NCBI GenBank assembly: GCA_965240325.2
Contig: OZ251247.1
Coordinates: 310,001 to 374,000, forward strand
Reading direction: 5' to 3'
Length of the DNA: 64,000 nucleotides
DNA from: Rebecca billardiae RCC1528
Taxonomy: Eukaryota; Protista; Haptophyta
Every line of letters starts with the position of its first letter. Position 1 is the first letter of the stretch. Both the position numbers and the translations under genes were made by a program. Of this stretch, positions 1-11,713 are shown one piece after another. Below the pieces are notes generated by a model that saw only the letters and a list, made by a program, of their open reading frames with translations, was not told the origin of the DNA and searched no databases.

Positions 1-908
1 CCGGCGAGCGCGGCGCGCGGCGTGGGAGGGCACTACGTGCTGTCTAGCATGCGACCAACCACGCGCGCCGTGTCCGCGCCCGCTGCCGCGGGCGCAGGAG
101 CACGCGGCGTGCGCACCCCACGCGCCCTCCAGGGCGGCGCCCCAGGAGATCGATACCCAACCTCCTCTCACCGGCGCGGCAGAGTTCGCAGCCCTTGCGA
201 GGAGGGATCCGACACTCCGGACCCTTGATCCGACCTTTGAATCATCATCATCACTACATCTCTTGCTGTTCCCGGGGACGTAGCTGGGGGAGTTGACTGA
301 CAGATTGCACGAAAAACCGTTGGCCCCAATTGGGATCTGACTAAACTGTATTCCTCGGGATACCTATTGGAAGGCCATCAACCTTGTAAGAATCACCGGA
401 CTTCGCGTGTCCTACCGGAAAACTCGCTCCGCTCGCATGCTTGTTCTTACAGAACAACCAATGCGAGCGGGGCTCGCGATTAATTTATTCATTTATTCGT
501 CGTAGTCGGCCACTGGCCGATGAACGGGCAAAAGTGGGCATCCTGTGGCCGACGGGTTGGCCGACGCCCGTCGAGGCTTGATTCGCACACAGCCGCCTAT
601 GCGTCCGATCTTCTGGAGAGCATATTCGCCGGCACGTAGTGCGCGGGCATTGATGGCGGTGCATCGCGTGGCGATATATATATTGATGATGCTGCGATGC
701 GTCCGCGCAGACACCGAGTAGCTGCGGCAGCGCTACGGCAGCACCGAGCAGGCGCGGCGGCTCGGCGGTCGGCCCGCCACCGTCAGTCGTCACCGTGGGC
801 GGCGGCGCCACTCGGCCGCACTCGGTGCGGCAGTGGGCAGCACTCATCACCGCCGCCCGTGCGGCTGGCACCCAGACGCAGATCACCGCCGACGAGCCGA
901 TGACACGT

Positions 909-2378
909 TCAGCGTTCGCTCGCGAGTTGGAGCCCGTCGATGCGAGCAGGGACGGCCCAGATATAAGCACCGGCTGGCGTGGCTGGCGGCATTGCTAGGC
1001 TCAGCCCGAGGCCGAGTGCCGCCGAGTGCGCCCCGCACGCGTACACGCTGCCGCACGCGGTGGCAAACAGCGCGTGCTGAAAGCTCAGGGCGCAGTGCAC
1101 CACGCGAGCTTGGGCTAGCGCACCGACACGCATGGGCAGCAGCGATTCGTCAAGGCCATCGTGTCCCAGCTGGCCGTCTTCGTTGTCCCCGAACGTGTGC
1201 ACGCTGCCGTCCGCGCCCAGCACCGCGCTGCAGCGGAGGCCAGCGCACGCGCGCACGATGCGCACAGCGGCGAGGGCGTCAACCCGCCTCGGCGTGAGCT
1301 GGTCGTCTGTGTCTCCGTGCCCGAGCCTGCCCTCCCCACCCGCCCCAAACGAGTGCACCCCACCCGCTGCGTCCACCACCAGGCTGTGCAACCAGCCCGC
1401 GCTCACGTTCACGGCGCGCACGCCTTCGAGCGCCTCGATGCGCCTCGGCGTGCGCTGATCCTGTTGGTTGCCGTGGCCGAGCTGGCCGTAGTAGCCCCAG
1501 CCGCACGAGTAGACGGCGCCTTGCGCAGCGAGCAGCAGCGTGTGCGCCTCGCCAGCTGCCATCCCCCCCACGCGCACGCCGTCCAGGGCCTCGATGCGCG
1601 TCGGCTCCCACCGCTTCTGAGTGTCGCCGTGGCCGAGCTGGCAGTAGTAGTTGTTGCCCCAGCTGTACGCGCAGCCGGCGGCGGTGAGCGCGAGGCTGTG
1701 GTAGTCGCCAGCGGCGATGCCCATCACCACGACGCCAGCGAGCGCCACGATCGGCTCAAACTCGCGCCGCTCCTCCGCGTCCCCCAGCCCGAGCTGGCCG
1801 GAGCCGTTGTAGCCGCAGCCGTACACGGCGCCGGCCTCGCTCAGCGCGAGCAGGTGGGCACGGCCAGCGGCCACAGCGGCTACGCGCACCGCGCTGAGCG
1901 AAGGCACGCAAGTCTGCACGCGTACTGCCCGCACGCCCGCGTGACCGATGACGAAGGGCGTTCGAGCCTCGCCCGTCCACACCCCGTCCTCCTCGTCATC
2001 CTGCTCCTCACCGCACGTGTGCAGCCCGCCCTCCGCGTCCACAAACGCGCTGAAGTCGTAGCCGGCCGCCACGGGAGGCGAGTGCGCACGCGCGAGCACG
2101 ATCACGCGCTCACGCGAGAACAGCTCCTCCGTCCAGGTGTACACGCCCGCGGGGAGCGTCGGCGGCAGCGCGCGATCGTGCCCCCGCGCGCGCACGCGCT
2201 CGCGCAGCGCGCGCTCGACCGCCGAGCGGCCGCCGGGGGCGCCGCGGAAGAGGCGCGAGGCGGCGTTCAAGCTGGCGAGGTCCACCGGCGCGTCGATATG
2301 CCCCAGGACGCGCTCGACGAGCTCCGGCGGCAGCATGTCTCCCAGCGCACGCGGCGTCTTGCAGCCGTCGCTCGTCAT
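909..2378 (-). CDS. F-box-like / RCC1-repeat beta-propeller protein, copy 1
   Basis: Intronless ORF with first ATG at 2378 (MTSDGCK). F-box-like LPPELVERVLGHIDAPVDLASLNAASRLFR is followed by RCC1 repeats (AAGxxHLLAL..GAVYGCGxNxxGQLG, YSWGxNxxxQLGHGD). Confidence 0.88.
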   Translation of the reverse strand: MTSDGCKTPRALGDMLPPELVERVLGHIDAPVDLASLNAASRLFRGAPGGRSAVERALRERVRARGHDRALPPTLPAGVYTWTEELFSRERVIVLARAHSPPVAAGYDFSAFVDAEGGLHTCGEEQDDEEDGVWTGEARTPFVIGHAGVRAVRVQTCVPSLSAVRVAAVAAGRAHLLALSEAGAVYGCGYNGSGQLGLGDAEERREFEPIVALAGVVVMGIAAGDYHSLALTAAGCAYSWGNNYYCQLGHGDTQKRWEPTRIEALDGVRVGGMAAGEAHTLLLAAQGAVYSCGWGYYGQLGHGNQQDQRTPRRIEALEGVRAVNVSAGWLHSLVVDAAGGVHSFGAGGEGRLGHGDTDDQLTPRRVDALAAVRIVRACAGLRCSAVLGADGSVHTFGDNEDGQLGHDGLDESLLPMRVGALAQARVVHCALSFQHALFATACGSVYACGAHSAALGLGLSLAMPPATPAGAYIWAVPARIDGLQLASER

Positions 2379-2460
2379 CGCGGTTGCCGGCGCGACCCGC
2401 ACCACCGATGGGGCAAGGGTGGTCGCTGGGGCAGCCGAGCCGGACTTCCGCGGCCCCCGC

Positions 2461-3592
2461 AAGGGTAGTAAGGGTGAGCAACTCCGCTGGCGACAGCCGC
2501 GGAGGTCGGTCGGGCTCTGTTTGCCCCGGCGCCCGGTGCGAGCGGAGCGGAGCGAGTACTATCAGCGGCGGAGGGCGGTGAGGCCGCGCACGGCGTGAGG
2601 CGCGACGTCGGCCGAGTCGGTCCGCAGAGGATGCGCGGCGCTCGGCCCGCTGCGCAGCAGCAGTGCGCCACACTTTGCCCCGAGCGCCGTCCTCCGCGTC
2701 GCCTCCTTCCCGCCTTGGAGCAGCACGCATGTGCGCGCCGCCACCTCGAAGGCGGCACGGGCTTGCTCGGCCGGAAGACCGCGCGCGCGTGGCGCGCGAC
2801 TTGGTCGGCTGCGCGCGCGCGCTGCCGCGGGGCAAGGTAGCGCCACTGCATGCGCGCGCCGTGCCCGCGCGAGCCTTTGCTCACGGACATCTCATGAGCG
2901 TAGTGCGCGCTTGTCTGCTTGCTCTCACGAATGGTTCGCTGTGCCTCACGCCGGCACTGTTCGGGTCGATCAGCGAGGCGTTGAGGGACATTGGACACCC
3001 AGGACGAAGGCCTAGTCTTGTGTATTCCTTCCCAGCACGAATGTAAGTGGAAGCTAAGGCTCCGCATCGATGGTAATAACACTCACGCCGCTGTCTTTTC
3101 CAGCTTCACGTCAGTCGGCAAGTTAGATGCGCAGGCAGCATTCGGCATGCGTGTGAGCTCGCACACACGTGCGCGTACACGCTCTCGCGCGGGCACGGCG
3201 CGCGCATGCGGTGGCGCTACCTTGCCCCGCGGCAGCGCGCGCGCGCAGCCGACCAAGTCGCGCGCCACGCGCGCGCGGTCTTCCGAGCAAGCCCGTGCCG
3301 CCTTCGAGGTGGCGGCGCGCACATGCGTGCTGCTCCAAGGCGGGAAGGAGGCGACGCGGAGGACGGCGCTCGGGGCAAAGTGAGGCGCACTGCTGCTGCG
3401 CAGCGGGCCGAGCGCCGCGCATCCTCTGCGGACCGACTCGGCCGACGTCGCGCCTCACGCCGTGCGCGGCCTCGCCGCCCTCCGCCGCTGATAGTACTCG
3501 CTCCGCTCCGCTCGCACCGCTCGCCGAGGCAAACAGAGCCCGACCGACCTCCGCGGCTGTCGCCAGCGGAGTTGCTCACCCTTACTACCCTT
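2461..3592. mobile_element. Non-autonomous Mutator-like (MULE/foldback) element with ~410-bp TIRs and a 9-bp TSD
   Basis: 2461-2873 is the reverse complement of 3184-3592 (termini AAGGGTAGTAAGGGTG...CACCCTTACTACCCTT). Both sides carry the direct repeat GGCCCCCGC (2452-2460 and 3593-3601). Long TIRs plus a 9-bp TSD are Mutator hallmarks. Confidence 0.85.
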
Positions 3593-3767
3593 GGCCCCCG
3601 CGCGTGCAGCAACCCGGACCGGGGCCAGGCGCCTACCCGCCCGGAGCGGCGCGCCTCCTCGCCGCTTGCGGGTGGCGCTTGCAGCCCTTGCCGCTCTCGC
3701 GCCCGCCGCCACTGGGCGCCGCCACTGCTGCGCACCGCGCCGCGCGCGCGGCAGGGCGAGGGCGCGC

Positions 3768-4301
3768 ATGAGCGAGCCGAACGACGGCGCGCGCGGGGGC
3801 GCCGGCCCCTCCGCCGCCCCCGAGCGCCGCCGTGACTTCAAGAAGGTGCGATCGAGCGCCGCCGCGCGCGCCGCCCGCGCCGCGGCCGCGGCGGCAGCGG
3901 CGGCCATGGCTCTGCGCAGCCGCGCCGCGCCGCCGCGTCTCGCCGGCCGCCGCGCCGCGTGCACGTCGCGCGCGTGCGCGCGCGTGGATGCGACTACCCA
4001 CGCGGCCCCTCGCCGGTGCCCGCGGCCCCGCCTCCGCGCTGCACGCGCCGCTCACGCGCCTGCCGCCGCCCGCGCCCGCGGCCGTGCCGCGCCGCCTCGC
4101 CCGCGCGCCCGCCGCGCGCCCGCCGCGCGTCCGCAGGCGCTGGACCCGCCGGGGCTGCGGCGGCGGCGTGAGGCGCAGGGCGCGGAGGTCCGCCGCGCGC
4201 GGCGCGACGACGGCGTCACGCGCAAGCGCCACGCCGACGGCGGCGCCGGCTCCGGCGGCGCCGCCGCCGGCTCAGGCTGGGAGGAGGAGGCGGACTCGTC
4301 A

Positions 4302-4336
<35 letters not shown>

Positions 4337-7300
4337 GGGCGGCGGCGGCACGCTGCGCCGGTACGAGTGGGGCTCGGTGTACACGCCGCCGCACGCCGCG
4401 GCGGGCGCCGCCGCGGACGCCGCCGCCGCCGGGCGCGGCGACGGCGGCGGCGGCGGCGCGGACGGCGACGGCGGCGGCGGCTATGTACAGATGGCGACGG
4501 ACGATGCGGCGGACGGGAACGGCTCGGACTCGGGCGGGAGCCGGGGCGGGGTGCGCGCGCCGCCCGCGCCGCGCGCTGCGTGCGGCGCGGCGCGCGGTGC
4601 GCGCACCACCGGCCGGACCCGCGCGCCGCCGCCAGCGCCGCCACCGCTCACGCGCCGCCGCCCCGCCGCTGCCCCTACCCTACCCCTACCCTACCCTACC
4701 CTCTACCGGACCGCGTGCCTCGCCGCGGCGCAGGGCGGGCGCTCGATCCACCAGCCCGCGTACTCCGAGTCGCTGCGCCAGCGCATCGCCAACATCAAGG
4801 TGCGCGCCGCTCCGCGCGCGCGGGCGCGCGCGGCCGCGCGGCTAGGGCTAGGGGTAGGGTTGGGGGTAGGGTTGAGGCGCGGCGCCGTGCGCGCGGGCCT
4901 GCCGGCCTGGCGGCCGCGGCGGGGCGCGCGCCGCCGCCGCGCCGTTGGCGGCCGAGAACGACCCCCCCCCCCCCTGCCCCGCCCCGCGTAGGAGGACTGC
5001 GCTGCGCTGCAGTCCCAGGACCCGCTGGTGGCGCTCGAGGCGTGCGCGCGCTTCCGCAAGCTGCTGAGCATCGAGCGCAACCCGCCCATCCAGGAGGTGC
5101 GGGCGGCACGGCCGCGTGTGTGTGTGTGCGCGCGTGTGTGTGCGCGCGGGGGTGCGCTGCCCCGGTGCATGCACGCGGCGCGCGCGCACGCAGCCGGCAG
5201 GCCTGCCGCAGCGCTGCCGCGGCGCCGCGCGCGCCCTGCCGCGCCGCGCCGCCGCGGCCACCGGCCCGCGCCCTCACTCGCCCTCCCCGCCGTGTGCGCG
5301 CGCGCGCGTGTGCACGCGCGTGCGTGTGCGCGTGCGCGTGGGTGCGCTCCGCGCAGGTGATCTCCGTGGGCGCGGTGCCGCGCCTCGTGCAGCTGCTGCG
5401 CTGGCACGCGCACCCGGCCGTCCAGTTTGAGGCTGCGTGGACCCTTACCAACGTTGCCTCGGGTGCGTGTTAGCCCGAGCCCTAAGCCTAAGCCTAAGCC
5501 TAGCCCTAGCCTCGGCGCGCCCTGCCGGCCCCGCGCGCGCGCGCTCGCCGCCCGGGGCCTGCCCCCCGGCAAACACGCCCAGCGCGGGGCGGGGCGGCGG
5601 GGCGGCGGTGGGCGTCCGTTGCTCCCGGCCGCTGCCCCCAGGCGCCTCCGCTGCACACGCACCACACGCGCCCTACCCCTACCCCTACCCCTACCCCTAC
5701 CCCTAACCATACCCCTCCCCCTACACCGTCGTGCGCGCAGGCACCTCGGAGCACACGCGCGTGGTGGTGGACTACGGCGCGGTGCCCGCGCTGGTGGAGG
5801 TGGTGGCGGGCGCGGCGGCCGACCCGACCAACGCGCGACCGCCACCGCCGCTGCCGGGCGTCGCGAGCGCACTGCGCGCCCGCCCGCCCGATGACGGCGA
5901 GGGCGGCGCGGGCGGCGGCGTCAGCGGCATGCTGCAGCTGTGCGGCGGGGGTGGCGGCGCCGACTCGGCGATGGCGGACGGCGGCGCGCGCGGCGCGGGG
6001 CCGATGGGCGCCGACGCCGAGCTCGCGGAGGCGGCGGAGGCGGCCGGCGGCGCGGGCGCAAGCCCTGAGGCGGCCATGCTGGCGTGCGCGCGCGAGCAGG
6101 TGCGTGCGCGCCGCGGCTGGGCGGCCGGCGCTGGCCGCTGGCCGCGCCGCGTGGCGCCGCGCGCCGTGCCCACCCGACCCCCGCCCCTCCCGCTCCGCAC
6201 CCACCCGCCCCCCCAGGCCGTGTGGGCGCTCGGCAACATTGCCGGAGACTCGGCGCGGCTGCGAGACCTCGTGCTTAGCCACGGGGCGATGGGGCCGCTA
6301 GGGGCGCTGCTCGGCAGCGCGGGCGTGCGGCCGTCGATGCTGCGCAACGCGACGTGGGCGGTGTCCAACCTCTTCAGGTGCGCGCCGCGCGCGGGGGGCG
6401 CGCGCGGGGCGCGCGGGCCAAGCGGGCACGGGCGTGGCGCGGGGCCTTGCCGCGCGCGCGTGTAGGGTTAGGGTAGGGGTAGGGTGGGGTGAGCGCGCGG
6501 AGCGGAGCGGAGCGGAGCGGAGCGGAGCGGAGCGGAGCGGAGCGGAGCGGAGCGGAGCGGAGCGGAGCGGAGCGGAGCGGAGCGGCCAGGCGTCGGGGGT
6601 GGCGAGGGGCGTCGGGGCGCGGGCGTGCGCGCGCGCGCGAACGCGCGCTGCCGCCGGCCTCGGCGCCACGCCAGGGCGCACGCAGCCGGGCGGCGGCCGC
6701 GCCGCCAAGCGCGCCATGCGCGCACGCGGCGCCGGCCTCAGCCGCGGGCGGCACGGCAGGCCCTCAGCCACACCCGCTCCGCCCCGCGCGCCCCGCCGCG
6801 CCCGCGCCCCGCGCTGTGTCCGCAGGGGCCGCCCTCCCCCGCGCCCCGCGCTCGTCGCCGCCGTGCTCCCCCCCCTGCGCGCGCTCGCCTGGTCGGACGA
6901 CGAGGAGGTTCTGACTGACACCGCCTGGGCGTTTGCCTATGTGTCAGACGCACTGGCAGAGCCGCCCCCGCCGGTGGCGGGGGCGGGGGCGGCGGTCGGT
7001 GCTTCGGGGCTTGGCGGCGGGGCGGCGGGCGTGGGGCTCGGGGGCGGCGGCGGGTGCGCGGCCCTGCCGCCGGACGCGCCGCCGAGCGCGCGCGTGCTCG
7101 CCGCGGCGGGCGTGCTGCCCGGCGGCGGCGGCGGCGGCGGCGCGGAAGGCGGCGCGGGCGCGGCGCTGCACGCGGCGCTTGCGCCCGGCGGCGCGGCCGA
7201 CGCGCTGGCGGCGCTGGCGCCGGACGGCGTCGTCGCGAGGTGCGCGCGGCGCTCGGCGCGCGGCGCTGTTCGCGCGCCGCCGCGCGTGGCGGAGCGCGCG

Positions 7301-9903
7301 CGCACCCCACCCCACGCGCGCACGGCGGCCGCCCCCCCCCACCTCGCGCGCCGCGCGCACGGCCGCGCGCCCGCCGTCCGCGCGCGCGCGTGCGTGCGTG
7401 CGTGCGTGCGCGCGTGCCGCAGGCTGGTGTCGCTCCTCGCGCACCCGGCAGGCGGCGCTGTGCACACGCCCGTGCTGCGTCTGCTCGGCAACCTCGCGTC
7501 TGGGGACGGGCGGCAGGCACGCGCACGCGCACCGCACCGCACGCGTGCGCACGCGAGCGCACGCCGCGCTGCGCGTGCGGTGCGCGCTTGGGAGCACCGC
7601 ACCGCACGCGCGCGCGCGCACGGCCTGCGCGGCCTGACGCGCCGCCGCCTCCGCGCCACCGCCGCCGCCGCCGCCGCCGTGCCGCGTGCGCGCCTGCTCA
7701 AACCCTAACCCAGACGGAGCTGATCCTGGGCTGCGGCGCGCTGGACGCACTGGGAGCGCTGCTGTCGCAGCCAGACGTCAAGAAGAGCGTCGTCAAGGAG
7801 GTGTGCTGTGTGTGCTGTGTGTGCTGTGTGCGCTGTGTGCGCTGTGTGCGCTGTGTGCGCTGTGTGCGCTGTGTGCGCTGTGTGTGTGTGTGTGTGTGCG
7901 CGCGTGCGTGTGCGTGTGCGTGTGTGCGTGTGCTGTGTGGGCGCACGCTCTACCGGGCAGCACCGCCCTGCCGCCCGCTGCTGCTGCTGCTGCGCCGCCT
8001 CACGGCCGCACACGCGCCGCGCGGCTGCGCAGGTGTGCTGGATCGCCTCCAACGTGGCCGCGTGCGCGACCGAGGTGGCGACGGCGGCGCTGCTCTCCTC
8101 CGGGCTCGCCGCGGCGATGATCGCCATCCTGAGCGGTGCGCGCGCCCACCGCGGCACTGGCGCGCGCCCACTGCGGCACCGGCGCGCGCCCACTGCGGCA
8201 CGGCACGGCGCAACGGCCACCCCGCGCCGACCGCCCACCCGCGCTTGCCCCCCCGCGCCCTCCGCGCCCGGACCTCCGTCGGCTGTCTGGGCCGCCGCTG
8301 CCGCCACCGCCACCTGCCGCCGCCGCCGCCGCCGCCGCCGCCGCGTGCGCGCAGGCACGGCCTTCAGCTACGAGATCCGGCGCGAGGCGGGCTGGGCGCT
8401 GGCGAACGCGTGCATGGCCGCGGCGGACCCCGCCGTGCACGCGCTCGTCGCGATGGGCGCGCTGCCCGCGCTCTCCGCGCTGCTCGAGGTGCGCACGCAA
8501 GGCGCCGGAGGGATCGGAGGGATCGGAGGGATCGGAGGGATCGGAGGGATCGGAGGGATCGGGCCCAACCTGCATGCATGCGCGCGGGCGCACGCGCGAA
8601 GCCGCAGTGGCCGCGCGCGCGTGGGACGTGGGCGGGGCGGGCGTGGGCGCGGGCGCGCAGCAGCGGCCCAGCGGGGCGGCGCGCGCGGTGCCGCGGCACC
8701 GCCGCACGCGGCTGCCCGCGCGCGCCCCCACCCACCCACCCACCCCCCCGCCCCCACCCCCCCGCTCCGCGCGCCGGCCGCCACCGCGCGCACCCTAACC
8801 CTAACCCTAACCCTAACCCTAACCCTAACCCCTAACCCGCACACAGGCGCCGGACGCGGACCTCACCGCCGCCGCGCTCGGCGCGCTCGGCGCGGTGCTG
8901 GGCGCAGGCGGCCGCGCGGCGCGCGCGGCGGCCGACGCGACGGGCGGCGGCGCGCGCGGCGCCGCGCCGGGCGGCGGCGGCGCCAACCGCTACGCGCGGC
9001 TGTGCGACGAGTGCGGAGGTGTGCGCGCGCGCGCGCCGCGGCGCCGGCGCGCCCGCGCGCGCGCGGCGCGTGCGGCGCGCGGCGCGCTGCGCGGAGCGGC
9101 GGACGCTGCGGCCCGGCGCAGCGGCAGCAGCGGGCGCGCGCGCGCTGCGGCCAGGCGGCGAGCGCTCCCGCGGCGCGGCGTGCCGCGGCCGCCGCCCCAC
9201 CGCAGCTCGCGCCGGCGCGCCGCACCCGCCCGCTCCGCTTACCCACGCGCCTCCGACCCCCAACCCACGCCCCGCCCGCCCGCCCGCCTGTGTGTGTGTG
9301 TGTGCGCGCGTGCGCGCGTGCGTGCGCGCGTCCCGCCGCCCTCGGCCGCCGCGCCGCACCCCGCCCCCAGCGCTCGACCGCGTGGAGGCTCTGCAGAGCC
9401 ACGCCAACGAGGCCGTGTACGCCGCCGCCGTCTCGCTGCTCGAGGCGCACTTCGGCGCCGACCAGGACGACGAGGAGTCCGGGCAGGCAGGGCACGCGGC
9501 GGCGGCGGCGGCCGCGGCGGCGGCGGCGGCGGCCGCGGCGGCGGCGCGCGGGCCGGCGGGCGGCGGCGGCGCAGGCGGCGCGGGCGGCGGCGGGCATGGC
9601 ATGGCTGCGGCGGTGGCGGCGGCGGCGTGGGGCGCCGACGGCGTGGGCGCCGGGCTCGGCGCAGACGGCGCGCTCGCGCCAGCGCTGGGCGCGGGCGGCG
9701 GCTTCGCCTTCGGGCTGAGCGGCGCCGCCGAACAGGCGGGGGCGGCGGCGGCCGCGGCGCTCGCCGGCGCGGCGCCGCACGCGCTGCAGCAGCAGCCGCA
9801 CGCGGCGGCGGGCGGCGGCGTGGTGGGCGCGGGCGCCGGGGTGGGCGCGCAGCAGCAGCACGCGCACCCGCCGCCCGGGCAGCCGCCATTCGGCTCCGGC
9901 TGA
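3768..9903 (+). CDS. Importin subunit alpha (karyopherin alpha), 14 exons
   Basis: IBB domain (RRRDFKK|[26 protein letters not shown]) and ARM repeats ([97 protein letters not shown]). Inferred introns: 3846-4136, 4551-4733, 4800-4991, 5097-5356, 5463-5740, 6100-6216, 6378-6825, 7240-7422, 7517-7713 (GC-AG), 7801-8032, 8136-8354, 8489-8846, 9019-9370. Stop TGA at 9901-9903. Confidence 0.92.
6497..6584 (+). repeat. (GCGGA)n intronic microsatellite
   Basis: About 17 tandem GCGGA units inside an importin-alpha intron. Confidence 0.95.
7801..7900 (+). repeat. (GTGYGCTGT)n and (GT)n intronic tandem repeat
   Basis: A 9-bp unit is repeated from the splice donor onward, followed by a GT run. Confidence 0.9.
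8507..8560 (+). repeat. (GGAGGGATC)n intronic minisatellite
   Basis: About six tandem 9-bp units. Confidence 0.9.
8793..8838 (+). repeat. Interstitial telomere-like (CCCTAA)n just upstream of a 3' splice site
   Basis: Six CCCTAA units plus a variant, ending 8 nt before the exon start at 8847. Confidence 0.9.
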
Positions 9904-10088
9904 GCGCGCGCGCCGTGGCGCAGTGCGGCACGCCCGCGCGCCGGTCGACTCCGTGCTACCGGGAAGCGCGCCGTTGACGAGTGATGCGCTGTGCCGTATA
10001 CTACGACGACGCGACAGATCCTCATCGCGTCGTCATCGATCAAATCGATATATGACGCGACTGCGCTATACGTTCATCGTGACAGATA

Positions 10089-10090
<2 letters not shown>

Positions 10091-10136
<46 letters not shown>
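10091..10136. repeat. (TA)n microsatellite
   Basis: Read directly from the sequence. Confidence 0.97.
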
Positions 10137-10141
<5 letters not shown>

Positions 10142-10142
<1 letters not shown>

Positions 10143-10940
10143 GCGGACCGTAGGTCCGCCCCTACTTGTAGTGCCCACGGCCATTAGCATGTGGCATGAC
10201 ACGCGGAGGGTGCCCATGAACGCCTCCCCACCCCGGTGGTGGCCGTATAGTAGGCGGCACTCGAAGCGGTCGCATCGTCTAATGAACCCGCTGATCACAT
10301 CACGGTCCGCCGTTGTTATTGAGGCTGTCGGGCGAGCATAAAAGGCGTGCGATCTGACCCTCACCTGTTGGCGGACGGGCAGCTAGAATCGCGATTATTA
10401 TATGCCTCGTCTAAGGACGCACGTGTCGTTGTTGTAGGCGGGCAGTACTGAGTCCCGCCCCAAGTGAAAGGGCGGGCGTGGTACGCGACTTGACAGCAGC
10501 TTGAATGACTCGATGGCACGCACCATCGAAGAGCAGCAGACAGTCATAGCGCAGACCAGAGACCCGAGCACTGCTGTATATGTCTGCTGCTTCGCCAGTG
10601 CAACTCCGCCGGTGCGCGCTGCGCTGCGCGGCACGCGCGGCATCGCATCGTCGTCCGACGTGTCGTCGTCTCGTCGTCTCGTCTGTGCACTCATATACTA
10701 CCGCGCGCCGACAGCATTCAAGACTCTGCGTACTTAATGCTGCGCCACACTGGCGCATATATGCGACTATCAGTCTGGCGTCATATCGGCCGCCGACGCG
10801 CCGCGAACTCGGACCGCGTGGCCGTGAGTAGTACGGTCCAGTAATACTGAGTAGCTGGTGGTACAGTGGGCACGGCCCCGGCACCAGCCGTGAGCTCAGA
10901 ATTCAGATGTGAACGCAGCCGAGTCAGCGGGCAGAGTTCC
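10142..10940. mobile_element. Putative non-autonomous element with a terminal hairpin (Helitron/Helentron-like?), related to 43051-44511
   Basis: Starts with a perfect hairpin GGCGGACC-GTA-GGTCCGCC followed by TTGTAGTGCCC, a motif also found at 43051. The right end (GGCACGGCCC...GGGCAGAGTT) resembles 44469-44511. The right boundary is uncertain. Confidence 0.35.
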
Positions 10941-11713
10941 GCGGTAGGGTAGTATACGTATGGTAGTATACGCGACCAGTAGGCTGAGTCGGTATATATA
11001 TCTCTCTCTCTCTCCGCGGCCCGGCCCGATCGTCTCGCGGGCCACATGACGAGCGCACTCCGCGACTCCGACTGTCCTGTCATTCAGTCCAGCGGTCCGC
11101 CGCAGGGCCACGGCGGACTGAGACTCCCGGCCAGGAGGCGGCGGCCCGGGCGGCGCGGCGGCGGCGGTCTAATGACCGGCCAGTAAGGAAACTGCTCCAC
11201 TACTACGCAAATGGCGGCGGATTTCCGGCCGCCAACGGCTGCCGCCTGAGGTCCGAGCGAAATCCCGAGAGCCGTTCGGTGCTCTGGTCGAGTCGGATCC
11301 CGGAACGCCCGCCATGGCTTCCTTCCGGAACACGTCGGGAACGTTTCATCTGGACTCTGGATGCGGACACGCGCAGTATTCATCACTCCTCATCAGGCTT
11401 CGCAGGCGACGGTATCGCCTTTCGTCCCTTTTCGGCCAATGGGAGGGCTCCAATTCCATGTGAAAGCGGCCCACCTCCACCCGTTGATGTCTGGGAAAAT
11501 AAGACGCACCGCCAATCGGCAAAAACGGAATGTTTAGAAGCCGAAAGCCCTTCCACCGCGAACTTACGACCATCATCATTCCCACTCCCGAAGCGTCCAA
11601 AACCAGGAGTTCGTGCTCGCTGGGGATGCAAGATGTGCGGATGGATGAATGTGGGGTCCGAACCCTGACGAGAACCCCAGCGACGGAAGAGGTGCTCGTC
11701 GCATATCCAGCCG

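Noticed and set aside
2461-3592. Inverted duplication of the importin promoter captured by RCC1 copy 1
   Set aside because: The 9-bp TSD and termini related to other foldback elements favour a transposon insertion.
8793-8838. Chromosome end or telomere
   Set aside because: The tract is short and lies within an intron of an intact gene.
3591-9977. Long single ORFs across the importin-alpha locus treated as separate genes
   Set aside because: They are read-throughs of exons plus GC-rich introns, and the conserved motifs join only after splicing.
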